Shown here: in pieces, positions 9,947-19,933 of the stretch
How positions within the stretch are numbered: the first letter of the stretch is position 1
How the letters are laid out: every line of letters starts with the position of its first letter
Source: Parvibaculaceae bacterium
GTDB taxonomy: Bacteria; Pseudomonadota; Alphaproteobacteria; RS24; CBDDDD01
Assembly (NCBI GenBank): GCA_965226465.1
Contig: OZ245362.1
Location: forward strand, 690,082-754,081
Length of the DNA stretch: 64,000 bases
Direction of reading: 5' to 3'
Made by a program: the position numbers and the translations under genes
Notes under the pieces: generated by a model
Database searches by the model: none
Told to the model about the DNA's origin: nothing
The model's input: the letters and a program-made list of their open reading frames with translations, nothing else

Positions 9947-10696
9947 ATGACGACTGCCAATATGATAGAGATGAAAGAGGTTTCAAAACGCTTTGGCAGT
10001 AAAATTGTCCTGGATGGTGTCAACCTTCATTTAGAAAAGAGGAAATCCTTAGCCGTGATTGGTGGCTCCGGCAGTGGCAAATCAGTGACCTTAAAATGTA
10101 TTTTAGGGCTATTAAAACCTGAGCAAGGCTCCATTCTCATTAATGGGGAAGAAAGCTGCGACATAAATAAAAAAAAGCGAGATGCCCTTAACAGTAATAT
10201 AGGCATGCTGTTTCAAAATGGTGCGCTTTTTGACAGCATGACGGTTTGGCAAAATGTTGCCTTTGATGCCCTCAATAACCGCAAGCTAAGCCATGAGGAA
10301 GCCCGCCTTATTGCAAAAGAAACCCTTTCTCTTGTAGGCTTAAAGGAGCATGTGATGGATGTAGACATTGCCTCTCTTTCCGGCGGCATGCATAAGCGCA
10401 TTGGTCTGGCAAGGGCAATTGCCCCAAAGCCCGATATCTTATTTTTTGATGAGCCGACAACGGGGCTGGACCCGATTATGAGTGACTTAATAAATCATTT
10501 AATCCGCGATTGCGTCAAAGAGCTTGGTGCCACCGCTTTGACGATTACCCATGATATGACAAGCGTGAATGTTTTTGCCGATGAGGTAGCCATGCTCTAT
10601 CAGGGAAAAATTATCTGGCAAGGTCGCCAAGAGGACATAGCCAATACGGATAGAAAAGAAATTGCCAATTTCATTCACGGCGAGGTAGAGGAATGA
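9947..10696 (+). CDS. mlaF: MlaF-family ABC transporter ATP-binding protein
   Basis: Walker A GGSGSGKS, ABC signature LSGGMHKR and Walker B ILFFDEP. It is adjacent to mlaE. Confidence 0.75.
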   Translation: MTTANMIEMKEVSKRFGSKIVLDGVNLHLEKRKSLAVIGGSGSGKSVTLKCILGLLKPEQGSILINGEESCDINKKKRDALNSNIGMLFQNGALFDSMTVWQNVAFDALNNRKLSHEEARLIAKETLSLVGLKEHVMDVDIASLSGGMHKRIGLARAIAPKPDILFFDEPTTGLDPIMSDLINHLIRDCVKELGATALTITHDMTSVNVFADEVAMLYQGKIIWQGRQEDIANTDRKEIANFIHGEVEE

Positions 10697-12066
10697 GCCG
10701 AAAAGATAGTTATATTTGCCAAAATTGCGGCGCAATCCATAGCAAATGGGCTGGCAAATGTGAGCAATGCGGAGAGTGGAATTGCATTGAAGAGCAGAAA
10801 AACAGCATTTCCAAAAAAGGTGGAAAGCCCATTTCCATAACAAAATTGGGCGAAAGCCGCACAGAGGAAAACAGCCTTATCTCAGACATTGCCGAGCTGG
10901 ACCGTGTCTGCGGAGGCAGGATAATAAAGGGCTCGGCTATTTTACTGGGCGGGGAGCCTGGCATTGGTAAAAGCACGCTCATGCTGCAATTTGCCAATGC
11001 ATTAAGCCAAAAGGGCGAGCGTGTTTTATATGTTTCAGGCGAAGAGAGCTTGGCGCAAGTTCAGATGAGGGCTGAGCGTCTTGGCATTTCTAACAGCGAA
11101 ATAGAAATGGCGGCAGAAACCAATATTGAGGATATTATTACAACCTGCCGACACAATAAGAACCCTTCCCTTTTGATTATAGACTCGGTGCAAACCGTAT
11201 GGAGCAAGGATATAGACAGCCCACCTGGCACCATAACGCAATTACGAAACAGCACCCATAGGCTGATAGAGTTTGCCAAAGCAAATAATATTATATTGCT
11301 ACTCATCGGGCATGTTACCAAAGAGGGGCAAATTGCTGGACCACGCATTATAGAGCATATGGTTGATACGGTTTTGTATTTTGAGGGTGATAAAGGAAAC
11401 CAGTTTCGTCTGGTGCGAGCGGTGAAAAACCGCTTTGGGGCGGCTCATGAGATAGGCGTATTTGAGATGACGGCAAAGGGGCTTTTAGAAATATCCAACC
11501 CTTCGGCACTTTTTCTAAGCGAGCATGAGGAGCCATGTCCGGGCATGGTTGTATTTGCAGGCATGGAAGGCACCAGACCCCTTCTTGTTGAGATACAGGC
11601 TCTTGCGGCACCCAGCACCTTGGCTACCCCAAGGCGTGCTGTAATTGGCTGGGATAGCGCAAGGCTTTCCATGATATTGGCGGTGCTGGAGGCTCATTGC
11701 GGTGTAAATTTTGCCCAAAGGGATGTTTTTCTCAATGTAGCAGGAGGCTTTCGCATTCAGGAGCCGGCAGCGGATTTAGCTGTGGCAACGGCACTGCTTT
11801 CCTCTCTTTCAAAAAAACCACTGGCAAAAGGAAGCATTGTCTTTGGCGAGATAAGCCTCTCAGGAGCCGTCCGCCCCGTAGGTCATGCCCCAACCCGATT
11901 AAAAGAGGCGACGAAGTTAGGATTTCAACACGCCCTCACCCCTATCTTTTCAAAAATGCCGACAAGCAAAATGAAAATAAAAATGATTGAGGATGTTGCC
12001 TCTCTTCTGCTAGAACTGGAAGCAGTTCCGCCACGCCATGAGAGTAGGAGAAGACATATACAATGA
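10693..12066 (+). CDS. radA: DNA repair protein RadA/Sms
   Basis: Zn-finger CQNCGA..KWAGKCEQCGEWN, Walker A GEPGIGKST, the KNRFG motif and a Lon-like C-terminal domain. It overlaps the mlaF stop by 4 nt. Confidence 0.9.
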   Translation: MSRKDSYICQNCGAIHSKWAGKCEQCGEWNCIEEQKNSISKKGGKPISITKLGESRTEENSLISDIAELDRVCGGRIIKGSAILLGGEPGIGKSTLMLQFANALSQKGERVLYVSGEESLAQVQMRAERLGISNSEIEMAAETNIEDIITTCRHNKNPSLLIIDSVQTVWSKDIDSPPGTITQLRNSTHRLIEFAKANNIILLLIGHVTKEGQIAGPRIIEHMVDTVLYFEGDKGNQFRLVRAVKNRFGAAHEIGVFEMTAKGLLEISNPSALFLSEHEEPCPGMVVFAGMEGTRPLLVEIQALAAPSTLATPRRAVIGWDSARLSMILAVLEAHCGVNFAQRDVFLNVAGGFRIQEPAADLAVATALLSSLSKKPLAKGSIVFGEISLSGAVRPVGHAPTRLKEATKLGFQHALTPIFSKMPTSKMKIKMIEDVASLLLELEAVPPRHESRRRHIQ

Positions 12067-12662
12067 GCGCTCTTACCTATTTTGACTTTAATATTATTGC
12101 CATTATCGGCATCTCTGCAGCCTTTGCCTTTATGCGCGGATTTACGCGTGAGATATTATCAATCATAGGCTGGCTTGTCGCAATATTCGGAACACTAAAC
12201 CTCCCCCAACCCGTAAGAGAGATTGCCTGTGGTTATATTGACAATACGCTTATTGCCAGCGGTTTGACCATGCTGGCAAGTTTTTTATTCATATTGATTG
12301 CCTTTTCTTTTGTCTCCCACCGCTTAGCCAATCAATTAAAAAGAACGAGCATTGGGGGCTTAGACCATTTGCTTGGCATGGCATTTGGGGCGGTGCGGGG
12401 GATTTTGATAGCCAGCATATTATATTTTGGGCTTTCCTATATCTGGTCTCCCGAGCAGCAAGCCGATTGGATAACCGGCTCTAAACTTCTTCCCGCCCTG
12501 CAAGAGGTGACAACATTTATGCAGGAAAATATTTCCATAGATGGCACCCAATTGCAGAACGAGTTTGCGCCCAGGGATTTCTGCAAGGAGTTGTTATCCC
12601 CTGAAGGGAAAGAAACGGGTTATCCTATATTCAGCGAACACCCTTTGCTTAGGGGAGGATAG
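12063..12662 (+). CDS. cvpA: CvpA-family membrane protein (colicin V production protein)
   Basis: 199 aa with about 4 TM segments, in the classic position upstream of purF. Confidence 0.7.
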   Translation: MSALTYFDFNIIAIIGISAAFAFMRGFTREILSIIGWLVAIFGTLNLPQPVREIACGYIDNTLIASGLTMLASFLFILIAFSFVSHRLANQLKRTSIGGLDHLLGMAFGAVRGILIASILYFGLSYIWSPEQQADWITGSKLLPALQEVTTFMQENISIDGTQLQNEFAPRDFCKELLSPEGKETGYPIFSEHPLLRGG

Positions 12663-12670
12663 TTGGAAAA

Positions 12671-14128
12671 ATGACCTTTCCAGCAAAGAGCAGATATGAT
12701 GATGACCGCCTCCGTGAGGAATGTGGTGTTTTCGGGATATATGGCAATGATGATGCCGCCGCCCTAACGGCTCTTGGACTTCACGCCCTCCAGCATAGAG
12801 GGCAGGAGGCAGCAGGCATTGTGAGCTTTGACGGCAAGCGTTTTCACGCCGACCGCCAATTAGGGCTTGTTGGCGATTATTTCACAGGCAAGAACCTTGA
12901 GGCACTGAACGGCATATCTGCCATTGGGCATGTACGATATTCAACAACGGGCGATACCTTATTGCGCAATGTGCAGCCTCTTTTTGCTGATTTTTCTGCG
13001 GGCGGATTTGCCTGCGCCCATAATGGTAATCTTACCAATGCCATGAAATTGCGCAAAAGCTTGATTAAGCAAGGGGCTATTTTCCAATCAACCTCCGATA
13101 CGGAAGTAATCCTTCAATTAATGGCACAAAGCCATAAAGGCAAAACCATAGACCGTCTTAAGGATGCCCTTTTTCAGGTTCAGGGTGCCTATGCTTTTAT
13201 CGCCCTTAGCCATAAAAAGCTCATTGGAGCGCGCGACCCCTTTGGCATTCGTCCTCTTGTTTTGGGCAAGATTGGCAAGAGCTATATTCTTGCAAGCGAA
13301 AGCTGTGCTTTTGATATTATTGGAGCGGAGTTTGTAAGAGAGATAGATAATGGCGAGATAGTCGTGATTACGGAAAAGGGTTTGGAAAGCATAAAGCCCT
13401 TTGGTAAGCAGAAAAAGCGTCCCTGTATTTTTGAATATATTTATTTTTCCCGCCCCGATAGCATTATTGACGGCAGAAATGTTTATAAATGCCGCAAGAA
13501 ATTTGGGCAGATATTGGCACAAGAATCCCCTATAGATGCAGATGTTATTATTCCCGTTCCCGATAGCGGTGTTCCCGCCGCTATTGGCTATGCGGCAGAG
13601 GCGGGTATTCCCTTTGAGCTTGGCTTAATTCGCAATCATTATGTCGGGCGCACTTTTATTGAGCCTGCCCAGCAGATAAGGCAGCTTGGCGTTCGCCTCA
13701 AGCATAGCGCAAACCGTGCCTATGTAGAGAATAAGCGTGTTGTTCTCGTGGATGACAGCATTGTACGGGGTACGACAGCGAAAAAAATTGTCCAAATGAT
13801 AAAAGATGCAGGGGCAAAAGAAGTCCATATGCGCATTGCCTGCCCGCCCATTCGTTATCCCGATTATTATGGCATTGACACCCCGATAAAGGATCAATTA
13901 ATTGCCGCCACGCATGATGAAAAAAAGATAGGAAAGCTTATTAATGTGGATAGCCTCTCTTTCCTTTCCATAGAAGGTCTATATCGTGCAATGGGATATG
14001 ATGCCCGTGACAATAAAACTCCTCAGTTTACTGACCATTGCTTTACGGGTGAATATCCGACCCCTTTAAAAGATAAGGATGATGATAATGTCGGAAGCCA
14101 GCTTTCTTTCTTAAATGAGAAAAGCTAA
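12671..14128 (+). CDS. purF: amidophosphoribosyltransferase
   Basis: CGVFGIYG Ntn-amidotransferase nucleophile preceded by about 17 residues (a propeptide or a later start), plus the PRTase motif VVLVDDSIVRGTT. Confidence 0.9.
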   Translation: MTFPAKSRYDDDRLREECGVFGIYGNDDAAALTALGLHALQHRGQEAAGIVSFDGKRFHADRQLGLVGDYFTGKNLEALNGISAIGHVRYSTTGDTLLRNVQPLFADFSAGGFACAHNGNLTNAMKLRKSLIKQGAIFQSTSDTEVILQLMAQSHKGKTIDRLKDALFQVQGAYAFIALSHKKLIGARDPFGIRPLVLGKIGKSYILASESCAFDIIGAEFVREIDNGEIVVITEKGLESIKPFGKQKKRPCIFEYIYFSRPDSIIDGRNVYKCRKKFGQILAQESPIDADVIIPVPDSGVPAAIGYAAEAGIPFELGLIRNHYVGRTFIEPAQQIRQLGVRLKHSANRAYVENKRVVLVDDSIVRGTTAKKIVQMIKDAGAKEVHMRIACPPIRYPDYYGIDTPIKDQLIAATHDEKKIGKLINVDSLSFLSIEGLYRAMGYDARDNKTPQFTDHCFTGEYPTPLKDKDDDNVGSQLSFLNEKS

Positions 14129-14824
14129 ATGCAGAAAATTGCATTTATCAGCGGAGCAAGTCGGGGCATAGGGCGGGCATTATCCAAATTTCTAGCAAAG
14201 CAGGGCACTCATGTTCTTATTGCCGCCCGTGATAATGCCAAGCTGGAAACTCTTTATGATGAGATAGATAAGGCAGGCGGCAAGGCAACGGGCTTGCCGA
14301 TAGATATACGAAATGGCGATGCGATAGACAGGCTGGGGGCTGCCATTTATGAGAGATGGGGCAAGCTGGATATGCTTATTGGTAATGCCGCCATTTTAGG
14401 CAAGCTCACGCCGCTTTCTCATAGCAAGCCGAAAGATTGGGAGGATGTTATCGCAACCAATCTCACTGCCAATATCAGGCTCATCCGCTCCCTTGAGCCG
14501 CTATTACAACAATCCCAAACCCCAAGGGCGGTATTTGTCACCTCATCATTGGGCGAGCATGCAAAAGCTTTTTGGGGAGCGTATGCCGCTTCCAAGGCGG
14601 GGCTGAACCGGGCGATAGAATGCTGGGCAAGCGAGCATAAGGATAGCAAATGGCGCATTAACCTTCTTGACCCCCATATCATACGCACCGATATGCGGGC
14701 AAAAGCCATGCCGGGGGAAGACCCCCAAACCCTTCCCGAAGCAGAAGTCCTTATGCCTCTTTTTTCAGAATTGCTCGCCGATGATTGCCCCCATCATGGC
14801 GAAACCCTTTGCTTTTCTGGCTAA
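14129..14824 (+). CDS. short-chain dehydrogenase/reductase family oxidoreductase
   Basis: 231 aa with ISGASRGIG, GNAA and YAASKAG motifs. Confidence 0.7.
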   Translation: MQKIAFISGASRGIGRALSKFLAKQGTHVLIAARDNAKLETLYDEIDKAGGKATGLPIDIRNGDAIDRLGAAIYERWGKLDMLIGNAAILGKLTPLSHSKPKDWEDVIATNLTANIRLIRSLEPLLQQSQTPRAVFVTSSLGEHAKAFWGAYAASKAGLNRAIECWASEHKDSKWRINLLDPHIIRTDMRAKAMPGEDPQTLPEAEVLMPLFSELLADDCPHHGETLCFSG

Positions 14825-14833
14825 GGGTAAACC

Positions 14834-16195
14834 CTATTTTTTGACATAGGGATTATCCTGCTTTCGGATAAAAATCCGCACAGGCACACCATGCAAGCCA
14901 AAGGCTTCCCGCAAATGATTAATAAGATAGCGCTGATAAGAGACAGGGATTTTTGGTGCTCTTGCCGAGAATATTACAAAGCCGGGAGGGCGTGTTTTTG
15001 CTTGGGTCATATAGCGCAATTTAACAGCCCGCCCCTTATCGGCAGGGGGGGCATGGCGTGTGGTTACCTCTTCCAGAAAGCGGTTAAGCTTTGCTGTGGA
15101 AACACGGCTATTCCAAAGCTTATATTGCCGCATAACGGCAGGCATAATTTTTTTGACACCATATCCCGTCCGTGCAGAAAAAGACACAATAGGAACACCG
15201 CGAATTTCGCTTAACGCCGCCTCTAATTGCTCCTCAATTTTAGTGAGAAGAGCCGCCTTATCTATGCCCTTACTATCCCATTTATTAACACCAAGAATAA
15301 TGGCTCTACCCTCCCCCGCCACGAGATTGGCAAGCTGAATATCCTGTTTATCAAGCCCAAGTTTTGCATCTATCACCATCACGACAATTTCGGCAAATTG
15401 CACCGCCCGCAGACTATCTGCGATAGAAAGCTTTTCCAGTTTTTCCGATATGCGCGCTTTGCGCCTTACCCCTGCCGTATCAAATAGCTTAATATGTTTT
15501 TTTCTCCACACCCATGAAATGCCAATCGCATCGCGGGTAATGCCAGCTTCAGGACCCGTCAAAACACGCTCTTCTCCCAATAAATAATTGACCAGGGTTG
15601 ATTTTCCAACATTGGGGCGTCCCAATATCGCAACCCGTATCGGCTTATCGGCACTATCTCCCTGCTCAGCTTCTTGCTCTATTTCCTCTGTCAGCTCATC
15701 GCCCTTACCAATATGCTCGGATATGGCATCATATAGCTCACCCAATCCCAGCCCATGCTCAGCAGAAAGTTGAAGAGGCGTCCCCAGCCCAAGCTCATAT
15801 GCTTCCAGCACCCCTGCCTCCTGCCTGCCGCCTTCACATTTATTGGCTGCCAATATGACAGGCGTAGAGGTTTTTTGTAGCAATTGCGCAAAGCTTCTAT
15901 CCTGCGCCAATATTCCCGCCCGCGCATCCACAAGCATTAAAACGAGATGAGCACCTTCAATAGCCTGCTTTGTCTGAGCGCCCATACGCTCCTCCAAAGA
16001 GCCCCGCTCTCCCTCTTCAAAACCGGCAGTATCAATAAGCTGAAAACTAAGCCCTCCCAATTGCCCCTCCCCCTCGCGACGGTCACGAGTAACGCCGGGG
16101 CGGTCATCAACAATTGCATGTCGCTTTCCCGTAAGCCGATTAAATAATGTGGACTTGCCAACATTGGCACGCCCTATAATAGCCAAACGCAACAT
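14834..16195 (-). CDS. der: ribosome-associated GTPase Der/EngA
   Basis: Two tandem G domains (GRANVGKST and GRPNVGKST; DTAG twice; NKCE/NKWD) plus a KH-like C terminus. Confidence 0.9.
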   Translation of the reverse strand: MLRLAIIGRANVGKSTLFNRLTGKRHAIVDDRPGVTRDRREGEGQLGGLSFQLIDTAGFEEGERGSLEERMGAQTKQAIEGAHLVLMLVDARAGILAQDRSFAQLLQKTSTPVILAANKCEGGRQEAGVLEAYELGLGTPLQLSAEHGLGLGELYDAISEHIGKGDELTEEIEQEAEQGDSADKPIRVAILGRPNVGKSTLVNYLLGEERVLTGPEAGITRDAIGISWVWRKKHIKLFDTAGVRRKARISEKLEKLSIADSLRAVQFAEIVVMVIDAKLGLDKQDIQLANLVAGEGRAIILGVNKWDSKGIDKAALLTKIEEQLEAALSEIRGVPIVSFSARTGYGVKKIMPAVMRQYKLWNSRVSTAKLNRFLEEVTTRHAPPADKGRAVKLRYMTQAKTRPPGFVIFSARAPKIPVSYQRYLINHLREAFGLHGVPVRIFIRKQDNPYVKK

Positions 16196-16206
16196 GGATA
16201 TATCTC

Positions 16207-17529
16207 CTATTGGAATGCAAATAATGTGCCATGGTCTGATAGAATATAAAGTACACCATCGGCAATTACAGGAGGCAGGCTGATAGGCTCGGATATATAA
16301 TGGTCTTCCATGAGCTTTCCTGTCTGTGGCGAGAATGTTGCAACATCGCCCTCAGTAGAGGTAAGGACAAGCTTTCCCCCTGCCAATACAGGACCGTTCC
16401 ACTCAATGGGTTTCTCTTGCCGTACCACATCCTTGAACTGGGGCAATTGCTCCACCCATTTCACCCTGCCCGTATTTCGGATAATACAAATGAGCTTGGC
16501 GTCAATGGTTACGACAAAGATAAAATATCCAGAAACCGCAGGCGTTTGCAAAGAGGCAATATCCTGTGTCCATAGACGCTCACCCCTTAGCACATCCATT
16601 GCCGCCATACGCCCACCATGGCTTGTCGTGATGATTAAATTACCGTCAATGACAGGGCGTGCCGTAATGCTATTTACGCTGGAAATGGGTGTCACCTTTC
16701 CCTTGCGCAATAAGGTATCGGTCCAGTTCTGTGTACCATTTATGGCAAGCAGGTTGTAAATCTCGCCGGAGCTATATCCTACAATGACCACTTCGCCGAG
16801 CACGGCAGGGCTTGGCGCTCCGAGAATGGTTGCCGGCTCTATAATTCCGGTATGCGACCATAAAAAGCCCCCATCCTTCTCAGAATATACCTGCAACTGA
16901 TTATCATTGGAGAGCACATATACCCTGCCCCCTTCTATGAGGGGTGGTGCCCGAAATATAATATCGCTTTTCACTTCCCATATGGTTTCGCCGGTTTTTG
17001 GATTAAGAGCGGTAAGGTTTCCAAATCCGGTTGTGACAAAAAGATTTTCTTCGCCATATGCCAGCCCGCCGCCAAAGCCTTCTTTCAGTACGCCATTTCT
17101 GGGAACAAAATCCCTTATCCATTTTTTCTTTCTTGTCTTAGCGTCAAATGCGTGGACATCCAAATTGGCACCCATAATGAAAATAAGCCCATTGGCTATA
17201 ATGGGAGGCGCAAAAATACGCCGCTCTTCCGTTGTAGCAATAGCGACCTTTTCCTTAAAGAGCGGAGTAAAGCCCTTAAGCTCCAAATGACCGGGAGCAT
17301 TGACGCTATTTCCGCCCGGCTGTTTCCATTCGGAATTTCTATAGGCAACGGGAAGGGCAACTTCCAAATCCGCCAGCTCAGGATCCACCTTTATGCCCTC
17401 CTCAAACTCAAGAACAGCAATTCTTTCCCCTGCCAGTTTTTCCTGCTTGGGCGCCCCGCCACAAGCATTTAATACAATGGCTATCAGAAATATAGGAAGA
17501 GAGGAAAAAGATAAACCTTTGATATTCAT
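16207..17529 (-). CDS. bamB: BamB-like PQQ-repeat beta-propeller outer-membrane lipoprotein
   Basis: Lipobox LNAC-GG after a signal peptide and repeated propeller blades, in the conserved yfgM-bamB-der order. Confidence 0.7.
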   Translation of the reverse strand: MNIKGLSFSSLPIFLIAIVLNACGGAPKQEKLAGERIAVLEFEEGIKVDPELADLEVALPVAYRNSEWKQPGGNSVNAPGHLELKGFTPLFKEKVAIATTEERRIFAPPIIANGLIFIMGANLDVHAFDAKTRKKKWIRDFVPRNGVLKEGFGGGLAYGEENLFVTTGFGNLTALNPKTGETIWEVKSDIIFRAPPLIEGGRVYVLSNDNQLQVYSEKDGGFLWSHTGIIEPATILGAPSPAVLGEVVIVGYSSGEIYNLLAINGTQNWTDTLLRKGKVTPISSVNSITARPVIDGNLIITTSHGGRMAAMDVLRGERLWTQDIASLQTPAVSGYFIFVVTIDAKLICIIRNTGRVKWVEQLPQFKDVVRQEKPIEWNGPVLAGGKLVLTSTEGDVATFSPQTGKLMEDHYISEPISLPPVIADGVLYILSDHGTLFAFQ

Positions 17530-17531
17530 AA

Positions 17532-18227
17532 CTATTCTGCCTTATCACCGATTAAAACCAGCATCATTTCGCTTCGTCTAATAAGGGAGGGGGGAGCATT
17601 TCGCTCACGCAGAGTTTGCCTATATAGCTCTGCACTTTGCTGATATTCTCCCTCTCTATAGAGGCTTTGCCCGATAAGGTCGCGCGCACTAAAGCGCAAT
17701 GGATGTGTAGGCGATAGCATAGTAGCCAATTTATTTTTCAGCATTTCGGAGCTTGTACTATCCACCAAGGCGCTTACTTCCGCCAACAGGCTGATATCGC
17801 GAATAAGGCGAGGAAGTTTTCTGTTTTTTGCTTCCCTTTGCAAAATCTGAGCGGCTTCCCCTTGCTTGCCCTGCTCCAATAGGAGATTTGCAATCTGCCA
17901 ATTTGCCAAAGCCCGATATCCATCTGGACTTTTTTTGGCGAATTTTTCAAGCCTTTCAATCGCCCTATCGGGGTCTTGCTTTTCTATATTTTGCAAAAGG
18001 CTTTCAAACTCCATAGAAATTTTTCCATAGCTTTTTTTCTTCCAGCCCTCCCATGCCTGCATAGAGGCGACGGTTACGACAATGGCAACACATGCGCCAA
18101 TAAGGTAGATACCATAGCGTTTCCATAGATTTTTGAGGCGTTCTTCACGCAATTCGCTATCTATTTCTCGAAAAATTTGATTATTCACCTGCATATCTCC
18201 CATGAAACTATCTGCCAGAACATACAT
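17532..18227 (-). CDS. membrane-anchored TPR-like protein (YfgM/UPF0070-like)
   Basis: One N-terminal TM segment followed by a helical repeat region, directly upstream of bamB. The start codon is uncertain. Confidence 0.5.
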   Translation of the reverse strand: MYVLADSFMGDMQVNNQIFREIDSELREERLKNLWKRYGIYLIGACVAIVVTVASMQAWEGWKKKSYGKISMEFESLLQNIEKQDPDRAIERLEKFAKKSPDGYRALANWQIANLLLEQGKQGEAAQILQREAKNRKLPRLIRDISLLAEVSALVDSTSSEMLKNKLATMLSPTHPLRFSARDLIGQSLYREGEYQQSAELYRQTLRERNAPPSLIRRSEMMLVLIGDKAE

Positions 18228-18250
18228 TCTTGGCAGGATAATGGCAAATC

Positions 18251-19036
18251 TTAGTTTTCATTATTTTCGTCTGGATAGACATGGCTTTTTTGGGGAAACT
18301 TCCCCTCTCTTACCGCCAGCGCAAAGGCTTTTGCCGCTTGGCTTAGATTATTTGTTTTGTCCGCAAAGCTTTTGGCAAAGGAGGGAGGGGCTTTGGTCAG
18401 CCCCAATATATCATGGGCGACCAATACTTGCCCTGAGCATTTTGGCGAGGCACCAATACCGATACTGGGAATAGAAATAGACTGGGCAATTTCTGCAGCA
18501 ACAGGCTCAATAATACACTCAAGAACAATGGCAAAGGCACCCGCTTTTTCCAACGCCTTTGCATCACGAAGCAATTTTGCACGGCACTCTTCCGTTTTCC
18601 CCTGTATTTTATACCCGCCAAGCTTTTCAATATTTTGCGGCAAAAGCCCAATATGCCCCATCACTTTTATATTATGGGAAGCAAGATAAGAAACACAATC
18701 CGCCCTCTCCTCACCCCCCTCAACTTTGACCGCTTCTGCCCCAAGCTTAATAAAAGAGCGAGCATTTTCCAAAGCAAGCTCAAGCTCACCCTCATAGCTA
18801 CCATAAGGCATATCAACAATGATAAAACTATCCCCAGCCCCCGCCACCACTTGAGCAGCATGAGAGAGCATCATCTCCATATCCGCCCCCAACGTGTTTT
18901 CCGCCCCATGCACAACCATCGCAACACTATCCCCAACCAACAACATATCAACATAAGGAGCAAAAGCACGCGCCTGCTCCTCATCATAGGCGGTCAATAC
19001 CACTAAAGGCTTCTGTTTCCTTACTTTTATTTCCAT
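18251..19036 (-). CDS. panB: 3-methyl-2-oxobutanoate hydroxymethyltransferase
   Basis: 261 aa with LTAYD....A......DMLLVGDS..MVVHG and KVEGG motifs. Confidence 0.85.
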   Translation of the reverse strand: MEIKVRKQKPLVVLTAYDEEQARAFAPYVDMLLVGDSVAMVVHGAENTLGADMEMMLSHAAQVVAGAGDSFIIVDMPYGSYEGELELALENARSFIKLGAEAVKVEGGEERADCVSYLASHNIKVMGHIGLLPQNIEKLGGYKIQGKTEECRAKLLRDAKALEKAGAFAIVLECIIEPVAAEIAQSISIPSIGIGASPKCSGQVLVAHDILGLTKAPPSFAKSFADKTNNLSQAAKAFALAVREGKFPQKSHVYPDENNEN

Positions 19037-19894
19037 AGCATTATTGTTTTTTTTATTTTTTTCCTAAGCGTTCGGAGCAATTCATAGCATGCTAATTTTT
19101 TGGTAAAAGGCAATGTATCATTAGCAAAGATAAGTTTCCACAATAGACGGACAGGTAGATATTTTTCTCTATAAAAGGACATCCATTCTTTTTCTGTATA
19201 TGGCTGATATTTTTGAAACTCACGCTTACTGGACATAGCAAATTCTTTTAAGACTCCTTGCAGGTTAGATGATACGCCCCCCCCCCCGAAAACTGGCAAA
19301 ACTATTCTTTATAAAGACAATCTTTTTTCCATGAAGAATATGTTTTCTTATTAATTCATAATCGCTTGCTATTTTATATTTTTCGTTAAAGCCTCCCATA
19401 TCAAGGATGCACTTACGCTTAATGAGAAATCCCTCAGGTGGAAATGGAATAACACGGAGGGCTTTTTGTAGGCGAGGTTCGTGTATTACAATTTTCCCGC
19501 ATTCATCAATCTTATGAATTGCAGAAAAGACACCATCAATATTTTTTTCTTCAGTCATTTTTACTGCACGTGCGATACCTGTTTCATCATGATAGAAGTC
19601 ATCCGTACCCAAAATGAGAATATATTTTCCTGAAGCCAGATGAACACCGCGATTAAAAGCCTGATAGATACCACTATCTTTTTTGGAGAGATATTTTACA
19701 TTTTTATATTTCTGTGCATAAGCCTTGATATATTCAAGAGACCCATCCTGCGAATCACCATCAATAATAACATGCTCAATATCAGGATAGCTTTGCTGTT
19801 GCACCGATTGGCACATTTGCAAAAATGTTTCTTTTCTTTTTGCCTCAATAAAATTAAAAGAAGCAGTAACGATAGAGACTCTTGCTTGTTCCAT
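19027..19894 (-). pseudogene. family-2 glycosyltransferase interrupted by a frameshift in a G11 tract (coding strand); candidate phase-variable gene currently in the OFF frame
   Basis: ORF 19265-19894 has a GT2 N-terminal half (VSIVTASFN..., IIDGDSQDGS, GTDDFY) and ends ...FRGGGRII*. ORF 19027-19299 continues in another frame as ...FGGGGVSSNLQG.... The two frames meet in the homopolymer at 19277-19287. Confidence 0.7.
19277..19287. repeat. C11/G11 homopolymer, the longest mononucleotide run I found in the window
   Basis: Hand-counted from gatacg-ccccccccccc-gaaaac. A length of 10 or 13 would fuse the two glycosyltransferase ORFs. Confidence 0.85.
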
Positions 19895-19933
19895 TATTTT
19901 TCCTTTCTTATTTCATTTGCATGGCTGAGGGGG

